Of a stretch of 64,000 nt of DNA, positions 55,376-64,000 are shown in pieces (position 1 is the stretch's first letter; every line of letters starts with the position of its first letter). Under the pieces are notes generated by a model that made no database searches, was not told the origin of the DNA, and saw nothing but the letters and a program-made list of their open reading frames with translations. Source of the DNA: a virus; IMG/VR virus record IMGVR_UViG_3300029922_000054, positions 3,763 through 67,762 of that record, one strand, 5' to 3'. The position numbers and the translations under genes were made by a program.

Positions 55376-56653
55376 TTAGTAGCCGACGGGCTCGGGCAGA
55401 CCGCTGATATAGCACTGGTTCTTCGGATTAGAGCAGAAGTGCTGCTCGGTGTCGAGCATAAACGATGCGAACGTCGCGGTGGGCAGTCCATTGGTTCCGG
55501 TCTGGGTGAAGATCGTCCGGCCCTGGTCATTGAACCAGAACGGGGAGTCGCCCCACTTGATCGAGTTCCAGGTTTCCCGATAGAGGAAGTCCACCCGGCT
55601 CATGTTTGCGTGGATGTTCATGAGGAACGGGTTGCCGGCGGCCTTCATATCGCCTGAGGTCAGCAGATCGAATCCAGATCCGACGTTGCCATCCGTGCGC
55701 ATGAAGTTGGTCAGCGACAGGCCACTCTGCTCGTAAACAGCCTTCTGGCTCAAGTGCATGTGCATCTTGAACTTTCCGCTGGTCACTGCCTCTTCGCCAA
55801 TGGCCTGGATGATCTGATCAAGGCCGAGACGGAAGAGAGGCGGGGTCAAGCTGGAGCCGCCGGCTGCCACGCCATTGGACAGAATGAAGTTGTTGGCCGC
55901 TTGGGTCCTGTCGATGCCGATAGTCAGGCCGGTCGAGGAATTGTTGTTCCAATAGGGCAGCCCATAGACGAACGACGGAGAGCCGGAAACGAGTCCGCCA
56001 AAGCGAATCACGTTGCCCTGAGCGCCGTAGGCTGTATCAACGGTCAGAATCTGCGAACCACCCAGCGCGTCCTGTACCGCGGTGACACTGGACGTGTTGA
56101 CGTAGTTCAGGCCGTTGTAAATGTCGATGTTGTTGCCGATGCCGAAGTTGCGCGCGCCGAAGTCTGCGGAACTTAGGGTATAGGTACCGCCGGCGCCCAG
56201 AGTCACGGCCGAGATGGTTGCCCAGTAGCCAGTTCCATCGCCGTTGCACAAAGCCTCATCACGGGTGATGGCAAGCTGGTCAACCGCATCCGTCATGGTC
56301 TTGTCGACCACGTTGGCCACGGCCAGGGTGTCACTCGAAGTGGTGAGGGACGCCAACTGGGTCCAGCCAACAGACACAGCGTAGGCGACGGGCTGCATAA
56401 AGCCTTCCTGCCAGGCCGGCGAACCGGGACCGGGGAAGTTGGCCGAGCCGTCCAGATAGACCGCCGACCGAACGCCGGGGAGCGCATTCTGGAACGTCAC
56501 ACGATAGGTATGCTCGGAAACCTTCTGGGCCTTCGCGCCGCCCTTGAGGAACTTGTCGAGGGAGTGGTCCTTTTCCACCAGCAACTGAGGCTGGTTCCAG
56601 ACACCTTCCAACATTACTGCCGCTGCTCCAACCGCTGCTTGAAGAGCTGCCAT
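55376..56653 (-). CDS. Major capsid protein
   Basis: 425 aa after portal and scaffold; GDGTG motif, G.DR, terminal C..PKNQ..I.G; followed by a terminator. Confidence 0.75.
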   Translation of the reverse strand: MAALQAAVGAAAVMLEGVWNQPQLLVEKDHSLDKFLKGGAKAQKVSEHTYRVTFQNALPGVRSAVYLDGSANFPGPGSPAWQEGFMQPVAYAVSVGWTQLASLTTSSDTLAVANVVDKTMTDAVDQLAITRDEALCNGDGTGYWATISAVTLGAGGTYTLSSADFGARNFGIGNNIDIYNGLNYVNTSSVTAVQDALGGSQILTVDTAYGAQGNVIRFGGLVSGSPSFVYGLPYWNNNSSTGLTIGIDRTQAANNFILSNGVAAGGSSLTPPLFRLGLDQIIQAIGEEAVTSGKFKMHMHLSQKAVYEQSGLSLTNFMRTDGNVGSGFDLLTSGDMKAAGNPFLMNIHANMSRVDFLYRETWNSIKWGDSPFWFNDQGRTIFTQTGTNGLPTATFASFMLDTEQHFCSNPKNQCYISGLPEPVGY

Positions 56654-56725
56654 GGTTCTAACTCGCTTCTCCGGGTCCTGTCCCGGTGGTGATCGTCAAT
56701 CCTATGTACGCAACGCGGGATAGAT

Positions 56726-58243
56726 TTAGGCTGCAATTCTACGAGATTTCGCATGGGCAAGCATCATGCCGATACGAACTTCCGCTTCACCGCTGGGTTC
56801 CCTGCCACCATTGGCCGCCTTGAACGCTTCGACTGCGCGCGCTTGCTGCTGCGCGGCATCTCCACTTCCAACGGCTGCTGGTGCCGGTGCCCGGCCTCCA
56901 CCTACCTCGCTACGGGCTGCTTGCTCCCGTGCGGCCTGCGCTGCTGCGCGTTCCTCGGCTTTCTTGCCAATCGAAACCCCCGCTTCCTTGAAGATCGGTC
57001 TTGCGATCGTCACAAGTTTTTCGCGGGTGAACTGAGCGGCCAAAGCGACTTCTTTCTGCCGTCTTGCCGCGCTCAGAGGTTCCTGCCGGATGCGGTCGAG
57101 GCGAGTGTAATATGCCGTCGACCTGGGATCGCCACGCTTCAATGCCGCTGTAAACTCTGCATTGATCTGCCCTTCAACCGCCTTATGTTCAAGGGGGCTT
57201 AGGGCTGTGGCATGTCCCATCAGTCCAGTGAGAGCGGTTGTGAACTGCGAGAGCGACTCGCCGTCTACCGCCGACTGGTGCTGTTTGTACGCTTCCTGGC
57301 TGGCTTTTTGACGATCGGCTGCGATTTGCTGCCGTTCCGTCGCGAGTTGCGCTTTTTCGGCAAGAAGTCCAGCGTCCTGTGACTGGTCTTGATCCGCGGT
57401 GGAGGGCCGCAATCCTACACTCTCCATGACCAAATCCCAAGCTGCGCTCACGTTCTCGTCGTTCAGTGCTTCTACTTTCTGGGTGATCTTGAGGTTGATG
57501 TGACGGTTCCCGATCTGGTTAAAGAACTTCCCAGGTGTGCCGTCATTAAGGACATCCCCGTTGGCATCCTTGCGGATGCTGCCGTCCTCATTTCGCAGAG
57601 CAGCACCTTCAATCAGCTTTCTTACAAAGGCGTCTGTTCCTTTTTCCGGGTCACGGGAAATCTGGCTGTAGGCTTCCGCGAATGAGGCGTGCTCGTTGGC
57701 CGTATCGGCGGTGACCTTGGCCTCTTCCGGTGAGGAGAAAATCTGCTCATAGGGAGCCAAGCGCTCGGCGATGCGGGCGTTGGCCAGAATCTCATTCCTG
57801 AGTTCAGCGGGGAGAGCTGCCTTCAAAGCAGGATCGACATCGAGCTTGGCAGCGAGGTCGCGGGCTCCGACAGGACTCTCTTCGTCAAAGGAGTAGTCCT
57901 CAGATTCCTGCGCGGCTGGCGTTTCGGTCTCGCCCTCAGCTTTCGGTGTCTCGGCTGCCGGTGTTTCCACTGCCGGGGTCTCAACGGGATTCGGCTGCTC
58001 GACTACGGGCTCAGGCGTTTTCTCGCCTTGGCTCTTGGAGTAGGCGTCCACCATGGCCTGCTGCCGGGCATCGCTATCGAGTACAGGCGATGCGGCAGGA
58101 GTCGACGGCGTAGCGGCTGGAGAGGGGGTTACAGGAGTCGATGCGGCGGCAGGACTCGAAACGGGTGACGGCGATGCGGCGGCGGGTGTGGATGCCGGGG
58201 CGGCGGCAGGGGCGGCGGTGATCGGACTGGCTGGGGTGCTCAT
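56726..58243 (-). CDS. Capsid scaffolding protein
   Basis: P/A/T-rich disordered N-terminus plus coiled coil, between portal and capsid. Confidence 0.65.
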   Translation of the reverse strand: MSTPASPITAAPAAAPASTPAAASPSPVSSPAAASTPVTPSPAATPSTPAASPVLDSDARQQAMVDAYSKSQGEKTPEPVVEQPNPVETPAVETPAAETPKAEGETETPAAQESEDYSFDEESPVGARDLAAKLDVDPALKAALPAELRNEILANARIAERLAPYEQIFSSPEEAKVTADTANEHASFAEAYSQISRDPEKGTDAFVRKLIEGAALRNEDGSIRKDANGDVLNDGTPGKFFNQIGNRHINLKITQKVEALNDENVSAAWDLVMESVGLRPSTADQDQSQDAGLLAEKAQLATERQQIAADRQKASQEAYKQHQSAVDGESLSQFTTALTGLMGHATALSPLEHKAVEGQINAEFTAALKRGDPRSTAYYTRLDRIRQEPLSAARRQKEVALAAQFTREKLVTIARPIFKEAGVSIGKKAEERAAAQAAREQAARSEVGGGRAPAPAAVGSGDAAQQQARAVEAFKAANGGREPSGEAEVRIGMMLAHAKSRRIAA

Positions 58244-58250
58244 CGAGAAA

Positions 58251-58263
58251 AAGAGTAGCACGG
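58251..58263 (-). promoter_or_regulatory. Late promoter motif; probably leaderless scaffold mRNA
   Basis: CCGTGCTACTCTT with TACTCT 8 nt before the ATG and no RBS in between. Confidence 0.6.
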
Positions 58264-58272
58264 ACCTTTGAT

Positions 58273-60696
58273 CTAGCTCCCCTGCTGCCCCGGCGCTCCC
58301 TGCCCCGCCCCGTTCTTCGCTCCCTTGTTTGCCTGAGCCTGCATCGTGAGCGCATTGGCTGCAGCGGCCTCCTTCGCCATCTGTGAACTGATGGTGAGAT
58401 AAGCCAGCACGTTGCCGTAGCCTTTTGGATTCGTTTCCTGCTGCTCCCAATTGGCGAGCAACCACGATTTTGCCTCACTTGCGCAAATGGCCGGGTCATC
58501 CACATTCGACTCAGGAATGATCGACGGAACCACGACAGGCGGTCCCTGAGGATTCGCTGGGTTCGGTTGCGCAACAGGACCATTGGGGTCCTGCGCCAGC
58601 CGGTGAATGATCTTCTCGATCTTGGACAACTGCGCATCGAGCGGCAACTTGATCTCTGGCGGCAAGAGGTATTGCGCCATGACGCGCTGGATCTTCGGAT
58701 CGGCAAGCATCTGAGCCACGATCGGCATCTTCTGGTTTTCAGCCAGGAGCTGCATGAGTCGGGCCTGAATCTCTTGGTAGGTTGCCGGGAATCCTGCATC
58801 CGACTCGGGATAGGTGAAGAAGTCGCCAGAGAGTTCCGCTTTGAGCATCCTGATCGTCTTCCAGGAGTTCTGCGTCTCGCCCTCTTCGACGATCTTGATT
58901 TCCTCGTCCATGTTCTGGACAGAGCACTTCACCGAGAGCCGCGCCGCGTCCGCATCCTCGCCGCGCATCTGGTCGATGTACTGCTTCAGTCTACCGAGAG
59001 CTGTATTGAGAGCTTGCTCCTGCCCGGCTGCTGTCTCGACATGCTTGTCTGATCCGCCAAACACCTGGGGCATCACTCCGCATAGGAACTGGGCACGGGT
59101 GGTTAGGTTGTCGGCGTACTTCCAGATTTCAGGGTCAGGCTGGAAAGTGAAGTGGTGGAACAGGTCAGACATGGGCGTGCGCTGGCCGGTCTCTTCGTCG
59201 GTCCTGCTGACGCCTGTAAGGTTGCCCGGTGTCGCAATCTTGTTCTGCAGGGCATTGCCGTCGATGGCATCTGCGTCGAAGAATCCCGCACCGAAAGCGA
59301 TGCGGTCGGCATAGGCTTCAATCTTATTGACGATCTTGGTGACGCGCTCCTGCACGTCCAGAACGACTTTGCCGGCGGCGAATGGGTAGGCTCCCAGGCC
59401 TTTGATTGTTCCGCACCATGTCCAGTGATCCTCTTTGGCCTCATTCACGGCATCGAGGAAAGTGTCTTGGCCACACAGGACCAGCTTGCAGCCTTTCGGA
59501 TACCGGGCGGCCAGCTCCTTAGCCAGCGTCTCGTCTTCAAGTTCATTGAAGGCCACGACGTCGATCCAGCATCTGCTGTACGTGACCAGTCCGTCTGTGG
59601 TGATGACGCGCGCGTTGGATCCAGGCGTCGTCTGCTGCTGGCGCCCACGCTTCGCCGCATCCCCGTCTACCGCGGAATCGCTGCCCATCGTCGCGGCAAT
59701 GGCGGAATACATGGCAGGATAAGCTGCTCTGACTTTGGCGGCCGACAGCTCGATGGTGTAGTCAAGAATTTCTGTGTCGGCAATGGGGTCATCAAGAGCG
59801 TCTGGATTCACGTCAACCATCAGGCCGTTGGCGATCGTGAAGGCCGTCATTCCGTTTGCCTGCTCAATCTCGCCTACCTTGACAGGAAGATCGAGCAAAT
59901 CCCCTTCAAACCAATCCTTCTGATTGAGGGGTGCTCCGCAGTTGGAGCATACCGGGTGTGATGAAAAAGGTGTGATTCCTGCGTCTGGATTGAACTTTCC
60001 ACAGTTCGAGCAAATATAACCGTCTGGAGTAACTTTCGTCGGCTTCGTCTCATATTGAGGCGTGAACGATGTGCCGGCTTTCTTCTGGTCGATGGTGTAC
60101 CGCGTGTACCGAAAGAATCCGCCGCAGGTCCAAAGATAGAGCAGCTTCAACTGGTGCAGAGATGCGATCTTGTTCTTGCGCTCATTGAACGCCTGGATGG
60201 TTGATGCCTTGTTGGCGATCTCCAGATCCTGATAATCCTCTGCATTTGCCGGCTGGTACCGCACTTTTCCCAAATCCACCATCAGGGCCGCGATGAAGAT
60301 CATCATGAACGTCTGGTAGATGTTGTCGTTGTGTGCGTATAGGTCCGGATCTTCCCCTTGTCCAAGGAATCCTGCCATGAGCTGATTGATCGTGTCGAGG
60401 GCGGCCGACTGGTCGTTGAGCAGGGCAAACGTGCTGCCACGGATTGCTTCGAAGGCTCGTGTGGCTTCTGAGACGAATCTCCTGCGCTTTGGCTGATACC
60501 GCTGTTTGAATGTCGTCCGCAGTTCGATCAGCGCGGCTTGGCATCTCTGGTCGAGTTCCGCATTGGCGGCAACCTCTTCGCCCGTAAGCTCCTGGGGAGC
60601 GTCTGCGGTTGGGTCGGAACTTTGCGCAGGACTCGCGCCTGAACCACTGGCGTTCAGTTGCTGCATTGCGCTCTGCGGGGCCGCTGCGGTCGCCAT
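58273..60696 (-). CDS. Portal protein (P22-like) with a zinc-ribbon insertion
   Basis: 807 aa; NIY..., D.E.A..A, ETAAGQEQALN.A; CSNCG...CSNCG insert; upstream of scaffold and capsid. Confidence 0.75.
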   Translation of the reverse strand: MATAAAPQSAMQQLNASGSGASPAQSSDPTADAPQELTGEEVAANAELDQRCQAALIELRTTFKQRYQPKRRRFVSEATRAFEAIRGSTFALLNDQSAALDTINQLMAGFLGQGEDPDLYAHNDNIYQTFMMIFIAALMVDLGKVRYQPANAEDYQDLEIANKASTIQAFNERKNKIASLHQLKLLYLWTCGGFFRYTRYTIDQKKAGTSFTPQYETKPTKVTPDGYICSNCGKFNPDAGITPFSSHPVCSNCGAPLNQKDWFEGDLLDLPVKVGEIEQANGMTAFTIANGLMVDVNPDALDDPIADTEILDYTIELSAAKVRAAYPAMYSAIAATMGSDSAVDGDAAKRGRQQQTTPGSNARVITTDGLVTYSRCWIDVVAFNELEDETLAKELAARYPKGCKLVLCGQDTFLDAVNEAKEDHWTWCGTIKGLGAYPFAAGKVVLDVQERVTKIVNKIEAYADRIAFGAGFFDADAIDGNALQNKIATPGNLTGVSRTDEETGQRTPMSDLFHHFTFQPDPEIWKYADNLTTRAQFLCGVMPQVFGGSDKHVETAAGQEQALNTALGRLKQYIDQMRGEDADAARLSVKCSVQNMDEEIKIVEEGETQNSWKTIRMLKAELSGDFFTYPESDAGFPATYQEIQARLMQLLAENQKMPIVAQMLADPKIQRVMAQYLLPPEIKLPLDAQLSKIEKIIHRLAQDPNGPVAQPNPANPQGPPVVVPSIIPESNVDDPAICASEAKSWLLANWEQQETNPKGYGNVLAYLTISSQMAKEAAAANALTMQAQANKGAKNGAGQGAPGQQGS

Positions 60697-60700
60697 CTGT

Positions 60701-61183
60701 CTACGCTCTCTCTGCTTGTTCGATTCGGGCTAAGATTTCGGGAGGAACTGGCTTTGTTGGCTGTTTTGTCTCCAGTGTCCCAACAGTGCCGATTTGTGGG
60801 GTCCTGCCGGCTACCTCTTGCGCTCTTGAAATCTGGCCTCTGACCCGCTGGACCCACTGAGAGAGTTCAATCGGCGTAAGCTGCCTGCCAAACTCCTGTG
60901 CAGCCAGTTCAGCCATGACAAAGGGATTGTTCGGATCGACATTCGCCCAATCGACTTCCTGGGGTTCCTTGTGTACGGCAGGACTCGGCGCGTTCGCTTT
61001 CCTATGCCGCACGACTGCCGGCTGGACAAGTGCAAAGTTTTCGGGGAGATTCACGGAAACAGAGACAGGTTCTGCGAGCCGTTCGGCCAGGACAGCGTTC
61101 TGCGCCTCAAGCGAGAGGATCAGAGCATCCTTGGCCGCGACGACTTCCTGATGATGTTCGCGGCTTATCCAGGGCAGTTTCAC
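60701..61183 (-). CDS. Hypothetical protein
   Basis: GTG start just after the upstream stop; N-terminal coiled coil. Confidence 0.55.
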   Translation of the reverse strand: MKLPWISREHHQEVVAAKDALILSLEAQNAVLAERLAEPVSVSVNLPENFALVQPAVVRHRKANAPSPAVHKEPQEVDWANVDPNNPFVMAELAAQEFGRQLTPIELSQWVQRVRGQISRAQEVAGRTPQIGTVGTLETKQPTKPVPPEILARIEQAERA

Positions 61184-61185
61184 GT

Positions 61186-61518
61186 TTATGGCCACTCGCT
61201 GACGCGTACTTTGGTGTCGGCGCCCATTGACTCGACTTGGCAATAGACCGTGGCCGCGCCGCCGCCGTTGTTGTAGTTGGCCGGAACTCCCTCAATTGGA
61301 CCACGCCCAATATGGGTTTTGTCGCCGATGGTGATTGGCTGCTGGGCAGGAGGATATTCAGAGACGCTGCCATTCGGCCAGGTTACTTTGAGTCCTGCGG
61401 CAGATCCGGACCCGTCTTCCGCGATCTCGACATAGCTGGAGAAGGCTTTGGCGATCAGGTTGACCTGGGCCGCGCTTGTGACAACTTGTGGGGCTTGAAC
61501 GAGGGGACCGTAGGCCAT
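61186..61518 (-). CDS. Hypothetical (possibly virion) protein
   Basis: GGAGG RBS, TAATG overlap, 110-aa beta-type sequence. Confidence 0.6.
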   Translation of the reverse strand: MAYGPLVQAPQVVTSAAQVNLIAKAFSSYVEIAEDGSGSAAGLKVTWPNGSVSEYPPAQQPITIGDKTHIGRGPIEGVPANYNNGGGAATVYCQVESMGADTKVRVSEWP

Positions 61519-61970
61519 TACCGACCTCCTGCGAATGGATTACCGCCAGAAGCGGGCGGCTGATCGTCGGCGTCATTGTCGCTGGAGAACGGAGACTTTC
61601 CCGCGGGGGCTGCTGGGGCGGACGCGGCCGCAGGGGATGCCATAACCTGCTGAGCGCTCCGCTGTGCTTCAGGACCATGCTTACCGGCTGCGGCGTCCAT
61701 CATGTGCTGGTGGAGCTTTGCCGGGTGCATCTTGGCGATGGCTACGCGGTGTTCGCTCTCGGAATCGCCTTTGTCACCCAGCTTCTCGCGCGCCTTGGCT
61801 TTAATCTTGGCCTCTTCTTCCGGAGAGATGTTGCCAGCGTGCTCAGAACGGGTTGCGCCGCTGATCGCCATCCGGGCATGAGTCGCATCGTTTACTGGGA
61901 AGCTCTTTCCGGGTCCTGCGAAGTCCTTGCTTGGCATACCCCGGCGATCTGCTGCATTCAGTACGGCCAT
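61518..61970 (-). CDS. Conserved phage hypothetical protein
   Basis: R..MP..DFA.P...FPV.D..HAR.A motif. Confidence 0.65.
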   Translation of the reverse strand: MAVLNAADRRGMPSKDFAGPGKSFPVNDATHARMAISGATRSEHAGNISPEEEAKIKAKAREKLGDKGDSESEHRVAIAKMHPAKLHQHMMDAAAGKHGPEAQRSAQQVMASPAAASAPAAPAGKSPFSSDNDADDQPPASGGNPFAGGR

Positions 61971-61990
61971 GATGGTTCCCCTTCGAGGAA

Positions 61991-62003
61991 AAGAGTAGCA
62001 CGG
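61991..62003 (-). promoter_or_regulatory. Late promoter motif CCGTGCTACTCTT
   Basis: Fourth copy, right after a terminator-like hairpin. Confidence 0.6.
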
Positions 62004-62008
62004 GCCAA

Positions 62009-62031
62009 AGGAAAAGGGCCCCAAAAGGCCC
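62009..62031 (-). terminator. Putative intrinsic terminator
   Basis: AGGGCC/GGCCCT stem followed by TTTT on the minus strand. Confidence 0.45.
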
Positions 62032-62061
62032 TCATCCTGCTCTGACGTTCGTACTCCTTTC

Positions 62062-62406
62062 TTATCCGATGTTTTCTTCTGTCAAAACTGTTTCCGGCCT
62101 GAGTCCGGACCACTGGCAAACATGGGTAAGGTACGACGAGACATCGTTCTCGACAGGCGGTGCCCATTTGTTGAGCGCAGCCTGTACGGTGAGGCCGACA
62201 TATGCCGAACGGAGTAGCGCGCGCATGGCGGCATATCCTGCTTCCGGCGTGGGAAAGATGGCAAATCGCGGATCGCCCCCAGTAGCGCCGTGTGCCTGGG
62301 TGAACTTTCCCCACTCAATGTCGCCGGGGTTGTTACAGCGTTCGGGGCGACTTCCTTTGATCAGAAATCCCTCTTGTCTCGCAATTGCTTCCATGAAACT
62401 GAGCAT
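62062..62406 (-). CDS. Endolysin / lysozyme-like peptidoglycan hydrolase
   Basis: AIARQEG...R.NNPGDI...FAIF.T.EAG..A...KWAPP.END...Y motif. Confidence 0.75.
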   Translation of the reverse strand: MLSFMEAIARQEGFLIKGSRPERCNNPGDIEWGKFTQAHGATGGDPRFAIFPTPEAGYAAMRALLRSAYVGLTVQAALNKWAPPVENDVSSYLTHVCQWSGLRPETVLTEENIG

Positions 62407-62565
62407 GTGCCTCCAGTGCGATGTTCATCTTGCTGAGCAATTCAAGATCGGCGCGGGTCATATCCAAGATCGGATACCACTCCAGTACGCGGTACAGGAG
62501 CACGCTGTGCGGTTTCCCGTCGCCAAGATCGACCGTTGCGTAGAAGGCCCGCATTCGCCCTCCTG

Positions 62566-62598
62566 AAAAAACGGGCGGCGGCATTGCGCCCACCGCCC
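62566..62598 (-). terminator. Putative intrinsic terminator
   Basis: GGGCGG/CCGCCC stem followed by GTTTTT on the minus strand. Confidence 0.45.
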
Positions 62599-62623
62599 AG
62601 TTGCCTTGTGACTTACCGAAACT

Positions 62624-63355
62624 TTACCACAATCCGAGCGCCTTATTTCCTGCCTTGACGCCGAATTCCGCAAAAGGCCCAGCTTTTTTCCACCACGGGA
62701 CCGGGGCGAAGTAGCGCCGCGTGAGATCGTCGCCCACGCGTTGCCCATCGTCAGTGAGAGCGTCCACATGGCCGGTGATACCCGCCAGGTTGTCGAGCAG
62801 TTCGCCCACCGCCTTGCGCTTGAGCGTGTCATTCAGCGTGTCGGTTGTTGCTTGGAGTGACGCGCCGTTCGCCGTGAGCTGCGCCAGTAGAGGCTGTGCA
62901 GCTTTGATGGTGCGTTGGCCCTCTGCCAGCGTTCCGGTAGCGGCTCCGAGGGTTCCCGTGGCGGCGTTGGCCGTTCCCGCGACGGCATCTATGGCTGTGC
63001 CGCTCTTCCCGGCCAGGGTGTGGAAATCGGCGAACAGTTGCGCTCCGTAGGCGTCGTACACTCCAAGCTGATGTTCTTCGTGGATCGCGACCTTGTTCGC
63101 CGCGTCGATTGTCAGCCGCGTCTGAAGTAGCGTGCTATCGATTTCATGCAGCGTGCCCCATTTTGGATTGTTAACCGTGTCCAGAGCAACGTTGAACTTT
63201 CCGAGCGTATCCGCTGGTTTTGCCGCGCCCCAGTTATCCACCGCTACAACGACGTGGGGATAGAGATTCCATCCAGCCAGCACGAGCAGTCCCAGCACGA
63301 TCAGGTGCGGGAGGCTTGGACCCATCAGCCAGCGGATTAGGATGCGCTTATTCAT
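62624..63355 (-). CDS. Membrane-anchored coiled-coil protein (possible lysis accessory)
   Basis: N-terminal TM helix followed by long amphipathic helices; near the endolysin. Confidence 0.55.
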   Translation of the reverse strand: MNKRILIRWLMGPSLPHLIVLGLLVLAGWNLYPHVVVAVDNWGAAKPADTLGKFNVALDTVNNPKWGTLHEIDSTLLQTRLTIDAANKVAIHEEHQLGVYDAYGAQLFADFHTLAGKSGTAIDAVAGTANAATGTLGAATGTLAEGQRTIKAAQPLLAQLTANGASLQATTDTLNDTLKRKAVGELLDNLAGITGHVDALTDDGQRVGDDLTRRYFAPVPWWKKAGPFAEFGVKAGNKALGLW

Positions 63356-63488
63356 GAGCTAGCCCTTCAACAGCATTCGCAGGAGACTCAAGCGCAGTTC
63401 TCTGCTAATTCTGCGCATTTCAGGGGCAACGTTTGGATAGAGGCGATGGTATTCTACAACGCTGATTCTTTTCATAATTCCTCACTTG

Positions 63489-63522
63489 AAAAGATGGCCG
63501 CTCCTGTCAATGGAAGCGGCCC
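63489..63522 (-). terminator. Putative intrinsic terminator
   Basis: GGCCGCT/AGCGGCC stem followed by ATCTTTT on the minus strand. Confidence 0.45.
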
Positions 63523-63543
63523 CGTATGAATTGATGCAGTGAA

Positions 63544-63870
63544 CTAGAGTTTGATGTTGAGCGCTTCGAAGTCGGCCACAACCGTCTTCTCGCCAGCGAT
63601 GAAGTCCTTAACAACGGTCTGAACGAGGCTGATGGTTGTTTCGCTCAGAGTGACGGAGCTCGCCACGTTGCCTGTGCTAGCGGCGGCGGCGGCCTTCTCG
63701 GCGGCAGCGATGGTCTTCACCACATCGTAGAAAACAGCCATAGATGCGGCAATGACCGGGCCGGAAAGGGCCCCGTAGATCTTCTGGAGGGTCTTCGCGC
63801 CGTTGACGATGTTGGTCAAAAAGGTTCCGATTTTGGTTCCTGCGGATTCAAGTGTGCTGAGAAAAGACAT
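63544..63870 (-). CDS. Hypothetical protein
   Basis: AAGGAGG RBS before MSFLSTLE; amphipathic helices. Confidence 0.6.
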   Translation of the reverse strand: MSFLSTLESAGTKIGTFLTNIVNGAKTLQKIYGALSGPVIAASMAVFYDVVKTIAAAEKAAAAASTGNVASSVTLSETTISLVQTVVKDFIAGEKTVVADFEALNIKL

Positions 63871-64000
63871 GTCTTGCGCCTCCTTGGCGCTCTGTTGCAG
63901 TACGACTACCGGTTGCGCGACCGGAGCGGGTTGGCTTGCAAGTGTGCCCGTAGGCCGGTTGGGATCGAGCACGACGACTTGATGCGGTGCCGGGGAGGGT

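Larger units (their letters stand above)
756..61397. repeat. Genome-wide dispersed motif GAGTCCTG(Y) / (R)CAGGACTC
   Basis: About 53 exact 8-mers counted by eye (e.g. 756, 1186, 4145, 4222, 4702, 4945, 4962, 5330, 5444, 7786, 9117, 10882, 16977, 25979, 35971, 42302, 50393, 61390), in both orientations. Confidence 0.9.

Noticed and set aside
756-61397. GAGTCCTG enrichment as a by-product of Ser-Pro-Ala or Ala-Gly-Leu usage
   Set aside because: It occurs in several frames, on both strands and in intergenic DNA, and uses A/T-ending codons (AGT CCT, GGA) that are disfavoured at this GC content.
1-64000. tRNA, rRNA, integrase, transposase or DNA polymerase genes
   Set aside because: None recognised by eye; the intergenic structures lack T-loop/D-loop consensus and CCA. 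Lifestyle and host cannot be assigned from this window.

Overview
The window is most or all of a GC-rich (~58%) tailed dsDNA phage genome with a podovirus-like tail and ejectosome set. No host genes, integrase, DNA polymerase, tRNA or CRISPR array were recognised. Layout: (i) 1-4300, small mostly minus-strand genes. (ii) 4450-25550, plus-strand early/middle genes: small hypotheticals, a putative ssDNA-annealing protein, a Cas4/AddB-like PD-(D/E)XK nuclease, a Rad50/SbcC ATPase, HNH nucleases, replication initiator and loader, a C5-MTase-like protein, DnaB, GroES and GroEL. (iii) 25560-64000, minus-strand late genes: endolysin, portal, scaffold, major capsid, adaptor, tail tube/nozzle, tailspike, tail fibre, GNAT-like protein, ejection proteins, a 3760-aa DarB-like polyvalent protein, and at the very end a small terminase plus a large terminase split in two. 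The strongest unexplained signal is an asymmetric DNA word, GAGTCCTG(Y)/(R)CAGGACTC. I counted about 53 exact copies by eye against 2-3 expected, plus about 100 more copies of the core GTCCTGY. It occurs in both orientations and several reading frames, forms inverted pairs upstream of early genes, and is missing from the tailspike body. Other notable items: a family of structured intergenic RNA-like elements; a c4/CI-like three-stem RNA whose UUGGCGG loop matches clustered CCGCCA sites in gene leaders; a probable overprinted gene inside the giant protein; a repeated late-promoter motif; and a tailspike with a signal peptide. All product calls come from motif recognition and gene context, not database searches.
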